Origin: Eledone cirrhosa
Taxonomy: Eukaryota
Reading direction: 5' to 3'
DNA length: 64,000 nt
Assembly: GCA_964016885.1 (NCBI GenBank)
Contig: OZ024741.1
Location: 214,458,001-214,522,000 of the forward strand
Below the pieces are notes generated by a model. The model did not search any database. It saw nothing but the letters and a program-made list of their open reading frames with translations, and had not been told where the DNA came from. A program made the translations under genes and the position numbers. This document shows, in pieces, positions 40,648-55,100 of the stretch. Numbering within the stretch: position 1 is the stretch's first letter; every line of letters starts with the position of its first letter.

Positions 40648-43600
40648 GGACGTGCAGTAGATCGCTGGTAAGTTTTTGTAAAATTTTCCATACAAAAACA
40701 GTATTCATTGTGTAGAATTTTATATTGTCAGCTGGGTGGTAATATCAGTTTTCGCCCCACAGGGACGGAAATTTAATTTTAAAAGAATTGACAAGTTTTA
40801 AAAATTTTCCTTACTTTCACAATGTGTGACTTACAACGAACGCTAGACTGAGAAGAGAAGGAAAGAGACAGATATAAACGTTATATCTCCCTCTATTTCC
40901 ATAGAAGTATCTATGGAGACGAACAACAACAAAACTTCGTTTCGTAAAGAAATGAATATTCACACAACAAAAGATGAAAATAACAGCCGACAACAGACAC
41001 CAAAAAACACAGAAAATGTTGAAATTGAAACAATTGACACAACTACACACGGAAAAACCAACAACAACACCAATAAGATGAAAAATGTGAACAACACCAA
41101 CCAGAACAACAGCAACAACAACAACAACAACAACAGCAACAACAACAATAATTACAACATGAACAACAACAACAACAGCAACGATGATAACAACGACACC
41201 ACCAACAACAACAGCAACACGAACAACTCCACAAACAAGGAAAATATTTCCTTTGCTCAAACCGTCCAAAAGACGGAACTGTTTACAAACCTTGACATTT
41301 TCAATGTTAGGGAGCTGTTAAGTGATGCAAAGCAGTATGTGACTTTTGGTGAGAGTGGTGCTTTCAGCATCACTTCTCCTCAACAGTTACGTAGAGAAAC
41401 TGTCCTAAAAACAGTAATTTTTAGGACAGTTTCAAATGTGTCGAAAAAACCAGTTCAATTATCCCAAAACGACATTGAACTGGTTCTGAAAAATTCAATG
41501 AAGGATATTGCCTTCATCCAAAAAGGTAACATTTTTGGAAGCATTTCGGTGCTGATGAAAGACCAATTGACGGCACAAAAATATTCTGTGTCGCCAATTG
41601 TGTCCCTCCTTTACACATTTTTCCCCACATATATGGGAAAAAGAACCCAAAAAATTAAAATTGCAAATATTACACCAAATGTAAACGTTTGGTGGATTTT
41701 GACTGGCTTCATCGATTTCGATGAAGACACAATTATTTCAGTGGGAAAGTCCTCCAGAGGCATGTTCAATGGTACAAGCCTGAAAGTTCTGGTCCAAATG
41801 CGGCCAGAACGGATAACTAAAATACCCCAACGTGTGCCTCTGGATGGAATTTCATACATAAACATTTCTGTTGAGAGTAGGCGGCCTTCATGTTACCACT
41901 GTTTAAGCAGTGGTCACCTGAAGACTTACTGTCCTCAGCTAGCTGCAAAAAAAAGAGGCACTACTGCCAACACCCAAAACAACAACACAACCACCACCAC
42001 CACCACCACCACAACAACAACAACAACAACAACACGCAAACATAACTAAACAAGAACAACGAACCAAACTGCAAGCACAGTCCCACCCAACCCCACTCCA
42101 CCTAAAACCACTGCAAAAACACCCACAAACAAAACAGCTCCCCAAAACATACCCCTTCCAAATAACACAGACGCCACAACGGACGAAGCCCCCTCATCAT
42201 CACCAAGTGACGATGAGGGAGAGCCTCTCCGTTCGAAAAGAAAGAAGAAAAGACACCACAAGAACAAAAAAGCAACAAACATCACTACAAACATACAACC
42301 ACCAACACAAATAACACAAACATTACAAACAAAAACCCTCTGTCCCGAAAAGAAAACCACGACATCACTCCATACGCAAACACCTGTAACAAAACGAAAG
42401 CTCGCACAAGAACAACAAACAAAAACCAACACAACAACAAGAACATTACACATACATAAACAGTGACAACAAAACTTTAATGGAGGTCATCTCCCACAAA
42501 TCTTCGGTTTTCACCGAAGGGGAAACTTTTTCGAACTGTGCAGACAGACCTAATTTAAAGATGATTAGGGTCCCTACGGACACGGATAAGTCTTTAAAGG
42601 AAAACTTTCCTAAGGACGTGGGTAATCTTTGTGTTAAACCCATTAAACGCGTCCTTTTAAAATGTTTCCCCACCCTCACTCCAGACACCCCGCCCCATCA
42701 GACACCCCCTCCCCACCAAACATCTCCTTCCCCACCCCACCGGATACCACCACCCACCCAGACAACCCCTCCAACACCCCCATGAAAATCGTGCAGCCTG
42801 GTCCCCAGGAGACGAAGAGGTGAGTGATTTATTTTCCTCTTCTTTTAACTTTTCAGCACCAACATGGCCAATACAAGAGTTGGATGTGTGAACGTACGCG
42901 GCCTGGGGATGCCCTGGAAACAGGGAAAACTCTTAAACGACCTCAGGTCGCACAGTATGGATGTAGTAGCCATTTGCGAGTCCAGGATCCACAGCGAGCG
43001 ACAGCTGGCCCCCATCTTTGACGACTTTGAGATCTACGCATCTCTCTGTCGGCCGGGAGGTGGGGGCGGGGTTGCCGTTTTGCTGCGGAAACACCTGGAC
43101 CTTGTAACACAGACGATACATCTGGACCCGGAGGGTCGACTGGTGGTCCTAGACGTTGACGGTAGTGAAGGTGGAGCCTTCGGGCTGGTGGCCGCATATG
43201 CCCCATCCGGGACACCACGGCCAGACTTCTTCAAACGTCTAGAGACTTTTCGGGGAACGCCCCACTCGTTGCTTTTAGTGGGGGACTGGAATGGAATCCT
43301 AGATGCACGTTGGGACTATGTGGGAGCATGTCCCGATAAAGGGGGATGTAACAGCCTCAAACAGTTAATCGGCCGATTTGACCTGGCCGATAGATATCGA
43401 CTAGATTTTCCGACTGTGCCACTGTGGGCGTGGACTAATCTTAGCGGAACATCTAGATCGTACCTAGATAGGGTTCTAATTAGAAACAAAGATAGGGACA
43501 TGTTAAGCTGTCCACACATGTTCATGGTTGCCTATTCACATCACAAACTAGTGTCCTGCATGGTCAACCTTGATAGAACCCACAGACAAGGACCAGGCTA

Positions 43601-45422
43601 CTGGAAGCTGAACTTGTCGTTACCGACATGCAAAGCCTACAGTAGACGGATTAGCACTTTAGTTAAACAGCACTTGACAGGGGCCATTGTCAACAACAGA
43701 TGGTGTTTCTCTCTTAAGAGGGCAGTTAGATTAGACTCGTTAGTTTTTAGTAAAAATTAGCTTTAAATAGAAATAGGGCCGAGAAGGAACTGAGCTATTG
43801 CAGGGCATCTCTCTAGAACCGGGACTGCGAAAAGCGGCGTCGGCCTACGCCGACGAGATGATAGTAATGGTGTCGAGCACCTCGCAAATCGAAGAAGTCG
43901 GCACCTTACTGAAGGAATACGAAAGGTTCACAGGAGCGAAGCTAAACCGGGACAAGTCCGTCGGTTTGCAACTCGGATCGTGTTGAGGCAAACCGATGCC
44001 TTCCGATGGCATCATCGGACGCTGGACGGAAGGACCGGTAAAGCTGCTCGGGGTCTGGTTTGGTCCGGACCTCCAGGTGGAGAAAAACTGGAACGAGGTG
44101 ACGGCCAAGTTGTTTGCACTCACCCAGAAGTGGGCCGAGTGCAAACTATCCTTGAAAGGTCGAGCGGAGGTGGAGAACACTTTTATAGCGTCCGTCATCT
44201 ATTACCGCTTGACCGTCGTGCCTTGTCCAGCCAAAACGCTCACCAAAAAGGAGCGCGCTCTCTTCCAATTCCTTTGGAAGAAGTGGGCTCCTTTGGTGAG
44301 AAGATCCATCTGCTGCCAACACCCTTCCAACGGAGGGCTGGGGATGCCGTGGCTGACGATGCGCAAACACGCCCTCAGGCTGCGGCAACTCTACGTATTC
44401 CTCACCGGACAACCGGTGTGGGCCCTGTTCGTGAGGCGAGCCTTCCCACGACTCATCTCGCTGACCGAGCTGCAGTCCTGAGTCAAGCAAAGACCGAGGA
44501 AAATGGGCGACTGGCACATCGAATGTGCTCAGGCGCTCACAACCCTCTGGCAGGCGGACTCGGCGATCAGTGGAGACTCCACTTCATCATTCTATAGGGG
44601 TTTGATCCGCAGCAAGTGCGACGACGCGCTCGGAGAAACTCTAGGCGTAGAGGAAGACGAACTGGCCAGTCTGTTCGGTAGGACCTTCCGCTCGGGACCG
44701 ATGGACAACTTCCAAAAGTCCCTGGCCTGGCAGTGCTACCGAGGAGCTCTACCAGTTCGAGACAAGCTCTATAGACATGGGCGCCCGGGCAGGGACCCTT
44801 CGAAAAAGATCTGTCCGAGATACGTGCGAGACGAAGAAACCGTCGCGCACGCATTCATACACTGCCCGGGCGTTACCGACCTGTGGAGATATGTAGAACG
44901 ACTATTGTCGCGGGTGGGACCAATCCGGTTGACCACTGAGTCCATTGTCATGATCAAACCGCCACCCTCCTTCAGAGGCGGTTTTCCTTTGTGTGATAGC
45001 TATGGCGAAAGAGGTTGTATGGTGGACAACAACTGATTCTTTTTTCAAATACCACTTTGGAAGAAGAATCAGGATGGAGAGAGAGGTGCTGTACCCCAAC
45101 AAGTTTTATGAAAGTTGAGTGAAAGTGGCGAGAATGGCCCGAGTGAATGGGCCTTCTCTCTATATCAGCCTGTAGGTTGAGGATAAGGAGGAAGAGGGGA
45201 AAGGGGTACAAACTCTTCGTACTCCTGGAGATGAGGGTTGCACATTTTTTCGGGGGTATGTGTTACCCATATGAAATGTCTCCCCCCCCCCCCCATTGGG
45301 GAAAATCGATTAACTTTTCAATTGCATTTGTGATAATATTTTACACGTTTTTATTGTATGTAAACTTCCCCCTTTGTATTTGTCCTCTTCTTTTGTGCCC
45401 CTGTGGATAATAAAGAAACAAT
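40648..45422 (+). mobile_element. Tx1-like LINE copy C with 5' UTR and ORF1; ORF2 has a ~1.1-kb deletion and stops
   Basis: ORF1 40913-42049 (frameshifted remainder to ~42823); ORF2 from ATG 42864; jumps at ~43795 from the EN-RT linker to just before YADE. Confidence 0.92.
40913..42049 (+). CDS. ORF1 (gag-like, CCHC zinc knuckle), frameshifted in the Thr/Asn repeat
   Basis: SFAQ motif, CYHCLSSGHLKTYC; homologous to 47084-48019 and 52401-53500. Confidence 0.85.
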   Translation: METNNNKTSFRKEMNIHTTKDENNSRQQTPKNTENVEIETIDTTTHGKTNNNTNKMKNVNNTNQNNSNNNNNNNSNNNNNYNMNNNNNSNDDNNDTTNNNSNTNNSTNKENISFAQTVQKTELFTNLDIFNVRELLSDAKQYVTFGESGAFSITSPQQLRRETVLKTVIFRTVSNVSKKPVQLSQNDIELVLKNSMKDIAFIQKGNIFGSISVLMKDQLTAQKYSVSPIVSLLYTFFPTYMGKRTQKIKIANITPNVNVWWILTGFIDFDEDTIISVGKSSRGMFNGTSLKVLVQMRPERITKIPQRVPLDGISYINISVESRRPSCYHCLSSGHLKTYCPQLAAKKRGTTANTQNNNTTTTTTTTTTTTTTTTRKHN

Positions 45423-45449
45423 TCTATCTATCTATATATATCTATCTAT

Positions 45450-46413
45450 GGCATCTCGAGTGTCTTCAGGCGCTCACAGCCCTCTACCAAACGGAAACAG
45501 CAATCAGCGGAGACTCCACTTTGACATTCTATAGGGAATTAGTGGAGGATAAGTGCGACGACGTTCTCGTGGAAACTCTAGGCATCGAGGAAGACGAACT
45601 GACCAGTCTGTTCGGGAGGATTTTCCTTCCCGGGCCTATGGATAATTTCCAGAGGCCTCTGACCTGGCAGTGCTACCGAGGAGCTCTACTAGTTCGAGAA
45701 AAAATCTACAGGCACGGACGCCCTGGCAGAGATTCTGCCAAAAAGACCTGTCCAAGATGCGAGCAGGACATCGAAACCGTTCTGCACGCAATTGTTCAGT
45801 GCCATGGGGTGACCGACCTGTGGAATTATGTCGAACAGCTACTGTCACGTGTAGGACGCATCCAGTTGTCAGCCGAGTCCATCGTGAGGATCACCCCGCC
45901 GCCTTCATTTAAGATTGAGAGGCGGTTTTCCTCTGTCTGGTGGCTATGGCGAAAGAGGTAATATGGTGGATGAGGTTAAAAGGACTGAGGGCAAGCACCT
46001 TTATCTCCGGACAACAACTCATCCCCTTCTTTAAGTACCACTTCAGAAGGAAGGTGAGAGTGGAGAGAGAGGTGCTACACCCCAGTAAATTCGCTGAAAG
46101 GTGGGTGAATGTGGCGAAAATGGCCCGGGTGAATAGGCCTTCTCTGTATATAAACCTGTAGGTTGAGGAAGATAAGCAGAGGGAAGACGGGAGCACCTAC
46201 ACAACGTGTTCCTGGTCTTGAGGGTTGTTGTATCCACGGGGTGTAAAACAACCCCGCAGTAGCGTTAGCCCCCCCCCCCCTAATGGGGATTTCGATTCTT
46301 TTATTTTATATATAGTTTATTGTTTTTTATCATTGTTAAAGATTTTATGTAAAACCCCCGCTGTCACGTCATGTAATGTCCCAATTTTGTACGCCCATGT
46401 GGAAAATAAAGAA
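45450..46413 (+). mobile_element. Tx1-like LINE copy D, short 3' fragment
   Basis: WHLECLQAL...CPRC...SLYINL*, AATAAA, (TATC)n flanks. Confidence 0.9.
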
Positions 46414-46460
46414 ATCTATCTATCTATCTGTCTATCTATCTATCTATCTATCTCTATCTC

Positions 46461-49400
46461 TTTACGATGGACACATGTGCTGAGCTCGCTCGGTAAGTTT
46501 TGTTTAAATTCATCCGGAAATTGTAAACTGTAAGCTTTCATTTTTGTACCATTTTGTAGAGGGACTGCCAGGTCAAACTTTGATCTGGTCAGTCTCTCAA
46601 AATATTCTACGCCTTTAGGCGAAATAGTTAAACAAAAAAAAAAGTTTTTTCTTGTTGAAAAGTTAATATTTTTTTTAAATGGCTGAAGCTTCTTCACCAA
46701 AATTCGAAGGAGGAAAGGGGAAGATAAACTTACAGCTTCCCCCTGCCACTGTCACAGTAGCAAGCAGAGGTCAAGAAGAAAGGTCAGCCAGAGGAAGGAT
46801 TTTGTCCACCTGTTAACCGACAACTTGACGTTGCCATGGCAACAACCCAAAGAATCAGCGGCACCAGCAACAACAACAACAACAACGACGGACGAAAACA
46901 ACTCCAATAACAATAACAACAACAACAAGACCAATAATTGTGACAACAACAACAATGATAACAACAACACCACCAACGACAACAACAACACAAACAAAAA
47001 AAATTTCTCCTTCGCCGAGACGGCAAGGAAAACCCTCGACTATCTGCCAGTAGATATAACCAAAGCGAAGGAGTTACTGGCAGATGCCAAAAAAATATAG
47101 TGTACGGGGAAAATGGTTCATTCACAATCCATTCCCCCCGGAACTAAAAAGCCAGAGACTCCTAAACACTGTCATGTTTAGGACAATCTCGAACAAAAGT
47201 AAAAAACCAGCTCAACCATCACAGAGTGAGATAGAGCTGGTTTTAAAAGATGTCATGAAGGACATCACCTTCATTCAGAAGGATAGACTCTACGGGAGTC
47301 TATCCATTCTCATGAAGGACAGGGACACAGCAGTGAAACTGTCCATCAAACCAATCACATCCACCGCATACACCTTCTACCCTACGTACAAGGGTAGAAG
47401 AACACAAAAAATAAAAATCCACACCATCCTGCCGATTATGGACATATGGTGGGTTTTGACAGGTTTCCTGGACCTGGAGGATGACATGCTGGTGTCCATG
47501 GGAAAGGCATCGGGTGACGCGTTCAGTGGAACGAGCCTCGAACTTGTAGTTCAAATGAGGCCCGAAAGGATCGCCCAGATCCCTGAACGCGTCATACTGG
47601 ATGATCTAACCTTCATCAACATTACCGTTGAGGGTAGGCGGCCCTCGTGTTACCTCTGCAGAACCAGAGGTCACCTGAGGGCTGTCTGTCCCCAACTTAA
47701 TAAGAAAACCCCAATCCTGCCTACACCACCAACAACTGCACAACCAACACAATCACCACAACTACCACTACAAAAACAACCACCACAGCTCAAACAAAAA
47801 CAAAACAATGTCCAACCCATCCCCTCCACTCAAAAAACAAAAACAATTTCCAAAACACCCGCACCGCAAACACAACCCGAAAATATACCCCTCCCCTCCA
47901 ACGCGGAAGATGACCCTAGTTCGTCGTCAGACGAGGAGGAGCACTTCCACACAATCAAAAGAAAAAAAAGAAAACACACCTCAGACACACAAATGAAAAC
48001 AACCCTCCCCAAAACATAACACTGACACCAACACAAAAGAGCTCACAATAACAGCAAACAAAAAACACCACACAAAAACAAAAACATGCATACACATACA
48101 TAAACACAAGAAACAAAAAACTGTTAAACATTGTGTACAACAACAATCTAATAAAAACACAAGGGCCTAACTTCACCCAGGCAGGGGATTTTCCCCACCT
48201 CAAAATGATTAAGGCCCCACGGGACACCTATAAAACTTTAAAAAACAATTTTAAAGAGGACGTGGGTCCCCCCCTGCGTCGGGCCCATTAACCGCGTCCT
48301 CCTAAAAAACTACCCCACCCCCTCCCCAAACACCCACACAACTCCAAACTCCCCAACCACACAACACACTGATGCCCCTACACTTCCGCAAACCACCACC
48401 CCACCCAACAACCCATTCCCCACCCTAATGGAAATTGTGCAGCCCGATACCCGGGACGCAGAGAGGTAAGTGCCTTTTCTCTTCACCACCAACATGGCTA
48501 TGCTAAGAGTAGGCTGTTTAAATGCGCATGGCCTGGGCTCAACTTGGAAGCAAGCAATGCTTCTAAATGACCTCTGGTCACAACGTATAGATGTGATGGT
48601 TATTTGCGAGGCCCGGATCAGCAACGTGCGACAGCTGGCCCCCACCTTTGATGACTTTGAGATGCACGCATCTCTCTGTCAGCCCGGAGGTGGGGGTGGA
48701 GATGTCGTTCTGCTGCAAAAACATCTGGGTCTCGCAACACAGATGGTACATTTGGACCCGGAGGGTCGACTAGTGGTTCTGGACATTGGCAGTGGTAAAG
48801 GCGGAGCGTTTAGGTTGGTAGCCGCCTACGGCCCTTTCGGGTCAATGCGGCCGGACTTCTTCCATCGTCTGGAGACTTTTCTAGGGACGTCCCGCTCCTT
48901 GCTATTAGTGGGGGACTGGAATGGTATCCTAGATGCACGCTGGGACTACGTAGGGGCCTGTCCCGATAGAGAGGGGTGTAATAGCCTCAAAGGGTTAATC
49001 GGTCGATTTGACCTGGCCGATAGATATCGACTAGATTTTCCGACTGCGCCAACCTGGACTTGGGCAAATCGTAGCGGATCATCTAGGTCGTACCTAGATA
49101 GGTTCTTAGTTAGAATTAAGAATAAGGACTTTTTAAGTTGTCCAAAAATGCGCATGATTGGCTATTCAGACCACAAATTAGTGACCTGCATAATCAACCT
49201 TGACAGAACTCATAGACAGGGACCCGGTTACTGGAAGCTCAACTTGTCCTTACCGGCAAGTAAGGCTTACAGGGACCGGATTAGCACTTTAGTTAAGGAG
49301 CGGTTGACGGGCGCCATCGTCAACAGCAGGTGGTGGGGATCTCTCAAAAGAGAGATTAGAGTAGTCTCTATAGAATTTAGTAAGGAGTTAGCCTCAAATA

Positions 49401-52188
49401 GAAATAGGAAGGAAAGGGATTTGGTAGATAGTGTAGAAGAGGCAATTAGAAGCGGCGACGTGGCCAGAGTGCTAGCGTCGAGAACGGCCCTGGGCCAGTT
49501 CTTCGACGCAAAACACGAAGGCTGCATCGTCCGAAGCAAAATACGTGCTCTGGGAAACGAGGGGACCAAAGCTGTTAGCTGGGCCCCCGTGACAAAAGCC
49601 AAAAGAGGGAGCAGATCCACTATCCGGTCTTTGCGAGACTAGGATGGACGGGTGATCCTTGAACCTAAGCAGATGTGCGAGGCTTTTCAAAAGCACTTTG
49701 CCGGATTGTTCGGAAGGGGCGGGGGGCCGGTTGGGGATGTGGACTTCGGTCCATACCTCGACGGCCTGCCGCGTCTCTCGGACAGGGAGGCGAAGTCCTG
49801 CGAGGAGCCGATTTCAGCCGCTGAGATAGAGGACGTGCTGAGCCAATGCGGCAAACGCAAATCCCCGGGTCTCGATGGTCTTCCATACGAACTATATCTA
49901 GCTATGCTGGACTTGTTCCCCGATCTCCTCGAGGCGGTCTACTGCAACTGGCAACAGAACAGAATTCCCTGTGCTGTGACCAAGGGCGTAGTCACGCTAG
50001 TGAGGAAGGACGAGAAAAAGGGGGACGATATAAATAATGTCAGGCCCATAACTCTGCTAAATACAGAGTTACAGATTTTGGCCAAGGTGCTAGCAAAAAG
50101 GTTGGCGCTTGTCGTGGGCAACCTGGTGGGAGATGCGCAGACATGCGCTATCCCGTCCAGGTCCATCCACGACAACCTCCACCTCATGCGATACATCATA
50201 GAGAGGGTTGGGAACGAACCCGGCTTTGGTGGGGCCCTGATCAACTTGGATCAATCTAAGGCATTCGATAGGGTCGACCATGGTTACCTGGATGCGGTGC
50301 TAGCGGCGGCAGGCTTCGGACCCGTGTTCAGGGGCTGGATTAATGCCATGCACAGCAGCCGCATCTGCTCTAGGGTCAAGGTGAACGGCTACCTCTCGGA
50401 GCCGTTCGAAATCGCGCGGTCCATCCGACAGGGGTGCCCTCTCTCCTCCCTTCTGTATGTAATGACTCTAGAGCCACTGCTGCGGAAGTTGGAGTTGTTG
50501 CAGGGCATCCCGTTGGAACCGGGATTGCGGAAAGCGGTGTCAGCCTACGCCGATGACGTAACAGTAATGGTGTAGACGGCCTCGGAAATCGGGTCGATCG
50601 GCCCCTTACTGGAGGAGTACGAAAGGTTTACAGAGGCTAAGCTGAACCGGGACAAGTCGATCGGTCTGCAACTCGGCACGTGGAGGGGAAGATCGATGCC
50701 CTCCGATGGCGTCGTCGGGCGCTGGACGGAGGGCTCGGTGAAGTTGCTCGGGGTCTGGTTCGGACCAGACCTCCAGGTGGAGAAGAACTGGGGTGAGGTA
50801 ACGAACAGGGTGTTTGCACTGACCCAGAAGTGGGCCGAGTGCAAACTGTCCCTGAAAGGTCGGGCCGAGGTGGCGAACACTTATATAGCGTCCGTCATCT
50901 ACTACCGCCTGACCGTTGTGCCTTGCCCAAGGGAAACGCTCGCCAAAATGGAGCGCGCACTCTTCCAATTCCTTTGGAAGAAGCTGGCTCTTATGGTGAG
51001 GAGCTCCATCTGCTGTCAACACCCTTCGAAAGGAGGGCTGGGTATGCCGTGGCTAATGATACGTAAACGCGCATTAAGGCTACGGCACCTTCAGGTATTC
51101 CTCTCCGGTCAACCGGTGTGGGCCCCGTTTGTGAGGCGAGCCTTTCCCAGACTCGTCTCACTCACCGAGCTGCAATCCTGGGTCAAGCAAAGACCGAGAA
51201 AACTGGGCGCCTGGCACACCGAGTGTGCCCAGGCGCTCACGGCTCTCTGGCAGGCGGACCCGGCTGTCAGTGGAGAATCCACCTCGTCATTCTATAGAGG
51301 GCTGGTGGTTAGCAGGTGCGACGACGCCCTCGGAGAAGCCCTAGGCATGGAGGAAGACGAACTGGCCAACCTGTTCGGTAGGACATTCAGCCCGGGACCC
51401 ATGGATAACTTCCAGAGGTCCCTGGCCTGGCAATGCTACAGAAGGGCTCTGCTCGTTGGAGAAAGGCTCTACAGACACGGGCGCCCGGGTAGGAACCCAT
51501 CGAAAAAGATCTGTCCCAGATGCGTGTGCGACGAGGAAACCGTTGCACACGCATTGGTACACTGCTCGGGCATTGCCGATCTGTGGGGCTATGTCGAACA
51601 ACTGCTGTCAAGGGTGGGACCGATCCGGTTGACCACCGAGTCTATTGTAACGATCAAGCCGCCCCCCCTCTTCAAAAACGAAGGAGAGGCGGTGTTTCTG
51701 TGCGTAATAGCCATGGCGAAAGAGGTTGTATGGTGGACGCGTCTGAAAGGACGGAGGTCAGACACCTTTCTCTCTGGCCAACAACTGGTCCGTTTTTCCG
51801 ATATCATTTCGGAAGAAGGATCAGGATGGAGAGAGAGGTGCTGCACCCCAGCCGTTTTTATGAAAGATGGGTGAAAGTGGCGAGAATGGCCCGTGTAAAT
51901 GGGCCTTCACTCTACATCAGACTATAGGTGAGGAAGATGAAAGACCAAGGGAGCACCCCTTCTCTGTGCTCCTGAGGAGAAGGGTTGCACACTTTTTTCG
52001 GGGGTCTGTGCGACCCCCAAGGCGCCTCCTCTCTATTGAGGACTTTGTTATAAATTTTATTTTTGTTATATTTTATTTTATTTTTATATATTGTTATTGC
52101 CTCCTCCTTATTGAGGACGCCTTGTTTTGTAAACTCCCCCCATTGTACTTGTCCCACTTTTGATGCCCTGGTGGCAAATAAAAGAAAC
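46461..52188 (+). mobile_element. Tx1-like LINE copy E, full length, inactivated
   Basis: ORF1 pieces 46825-48019 with CYLCRTRGHLRAVC; ORF2 from ATG 48494 to 51927 with stops at ~49640 and ~50573 and a late frameshift; 3' UTR nearly identical to copy B. Confidence 0.93.
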
Positions 52189-52198
52189 ATATCTATCT

Positions 52199-55100
52199 TG
52201 ATAGAGTAAGACACGCTTCACATCGGCTCCGCTATTCCATCGGGATTTACCCTTACAATAGTAAGTACCGGATCAATTTTTCAGTGCAACACATTTGGAA
52301 CACTAATCCCTGTTATTTAGGGAAACATTTTTCCATTTACCCCCTTTTTAGGGGGTAAAATAAATATCTAATTTTGCCGAAAAATTTCGTTCTTGGCAGC
52401 ATGGCGGAAAAGATGGCAGACATGTCTGCCATTAGCTCTGCCACGCCCCCCAAGTTTGAAGAACAAAAAATAATTACAACAAAATTAGACAACGAAACAA
52501 ACAAAGAAAATGAAAAAACAAATGTTAAGGAAAATGAGCAAACGGAAAACAAACAAACAGAAAATAATACAAATAACAACAGGGCAACTTTCGCCCAGAA
52601 AACAAAACAATCCATTACATACACACCAATTGACCTAACGGCCGCCAGAGAAAAACTGGCCGAAGCAAAGAAACACATTGTTTTATGGGAGAATGGAATG
52701 TTTTCCATTAACCCCCCCCCCCCCCCCCCAGAATTCAAGAAAGCGAGAACAGAGAACACAGTTCTCTTCAGAACAATCCTAAACCAAACAAGAAAGCCAG
52801 CACAACCCAGCCAAATGGAGATAGAGTTGGTCCTAAAAGACTATATGAAGAATATTCTCTTCATACGAAAGGACCGACTCTATGGCAGCATTTCGGTCCT
52901 AACAAAAGACAAGGAAACGGCGGAGAAGCTTTCCACTCTCATCGACAACATACAGCTTCTATCCCTCCTACATGGGTAGAAGAACACAGAGAGTAAAAAT
53001 ACAAACAATGCTGCCCACAATGGACTTCTGGTGGGCTATTGCTGGCTTCATAGACATGGGCGAGGACACAGTGCTGTCAATGGGGAAGGCAAATGAGGCC
53101 CGAAAGAATAGCACAAATCCCGGATCGCATCTGGCTGGATGAGCTCACCCCAATAGATATAATTGTAGAGGGGAGAAGACCAGCATGCTATTTATGCATG
53201 GAAAGGGGACACATTAAGGCTAACTTCCCGAAACGTATCCCCCAAAAAGGACTATTGCCCACACCCACCACAAACAGTACACCAACACCACCCACCTCCA
53301 AAAATACACTAATACCACACACAGCAAACAAAATACAAACACCACCAAGCACATCACCACCACCAGCACCAAACACAAGCTCGACACAAAAATCACCACC
53401 ACCATCACCAACACAAACACCATCACCACCATTACCAACCACAAGCACGACACAAACAGCACCACCACCACCACAAAACGCATTCCAAACAAATAATTAA
53501 AAAAACAGCAACAAATCTCCCCCTCCCGCAAAAAAACAACAACCAGACACGACGTCCCTCCCACCTAGCGCTGAAGAGTTTCCCCCAACTTCTGAAGAAG
53601 AAGGAGGAGAAGCCTTCAGACAAGTTTAAAGAAAAAAAAGAAAGCACACACCCAGCACACCACAAATAACCCACACACAAACACCAACTCCAATAAAAAA
53701 CACCCCACCCTCAACAAACAAAAATAAATCTGCGCCTCCCCTCTCCGAAACATTGACAGCATCACTAAAAAAGACATTGCAATACACATATATAAATAAA
53801 GAAAACAAAAAACTGTTTAAATTAATAAACAATAGCCCTTTGGTGCAGACCGAAGGGCCAAACTTTATCTCAACAGAGAACTTCACCCATTTAAAAATGA
53901 TAAAGGTCCCTCTGGACCTTTATCGTTCCTTAAAAGAACAATTTAGACAGGACGTGAGCCCCCCCCCCCTGTTTAAAACCGTTAAATCGCGTCCTCTTGA
54001 AAGATTTCCCCATAACCTCCCCTCTCCCTGACACAACTCCAAACACCCCAACCCAACCACACTCGGGCACCCCCACACCACCACAAAACATCCCTCCACC
54101 CAACACACCTGACGCCATGGAAATTACACAACCCGGAGAGGTAAGTGCTTTTCTTTCTTCACTTTCAACACCAAAATAGATCAATTGAGAGTTGGCTGTT
54201 TGAACGCGCGTGGCCTGGGCTCAGCTTGGAAGCAAGCAAAGCTACTAAGTGACCTCAGGTCACGAAGTATAGATGTGATGGTTGTTTGCGAGAGTCGGAT
54301 CAGCAGCGTGCGACAGCTGGCTCCCGCCTTCGATGACTTTGAGATGCACGCATCTCTCTGTCAACCCGGAGGCGGGGGGGGGGGGGAGTTGCCGTACTGC
54401 TGGATAAACGTCTGGCTCTCGACGTACAGATTGTTCACTCGGACCCGGGGGGTCGAATACTGGTGCTGGACGTCGGAGGCGGTGAAGGCGGGGCTTTCAG
54501 ACTGGTCGGTCTTTATGCCCCCTTCGGGGCTGAAAGAGCCGACTTCTTCCAGCGTCTGGAGACTTTTCTAGGAACGTCGCGTTCCCTGCTTTTAGTGGGG
54601 GACTGGAATGGAATCCTAGATGCGCGTTGGGACTATGCAGGGGCATGTCCCGATAGAGGGGGGTGTAGCAGCCTCAAGGGGTTACTCGATCGATTCGACC
54701 TGGTCGATAGATTTCGACTAGATTGTCCAACTGCGCCAACCTGGACCTGGGCAAACCGCAGTGGACAATCTAGATCGTACCTAGATAGGTTTTTGGTTAG
54801 GAGTAAGGATAGGGACGTATTTAGTTGTCCAGAATTGATCATGGTTGGCTATTCAGATCACAAATTAGTGACCTGCGTGGTCAACCTTGATAGAACGCAT
54901 AGACAGGGTCCCGGTTACTGGAAGATGAACTTGTCCTTGCCGGCAAAGAAAGATTACAGGAACCGGATTAGTAGCTTAGTTAAGATGCGGTTGACGGGAG
55001 CGATTGTCAACAGTAGGTGGTGGGTATCTCTAAAGAGAGAGATTAGAGTAAGTTCGATAGGTTACAGTAAGGAACTAGCGGCGAATAGAAATAGGAAGGA

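Noticed and set aside
40648-40780. Spliced-leader RNA or snRNA gene as LINE target
   Set aside because: Only a GTAAGT motif is shared; 5' sequences differ among copies and match no snRNA I recognise.
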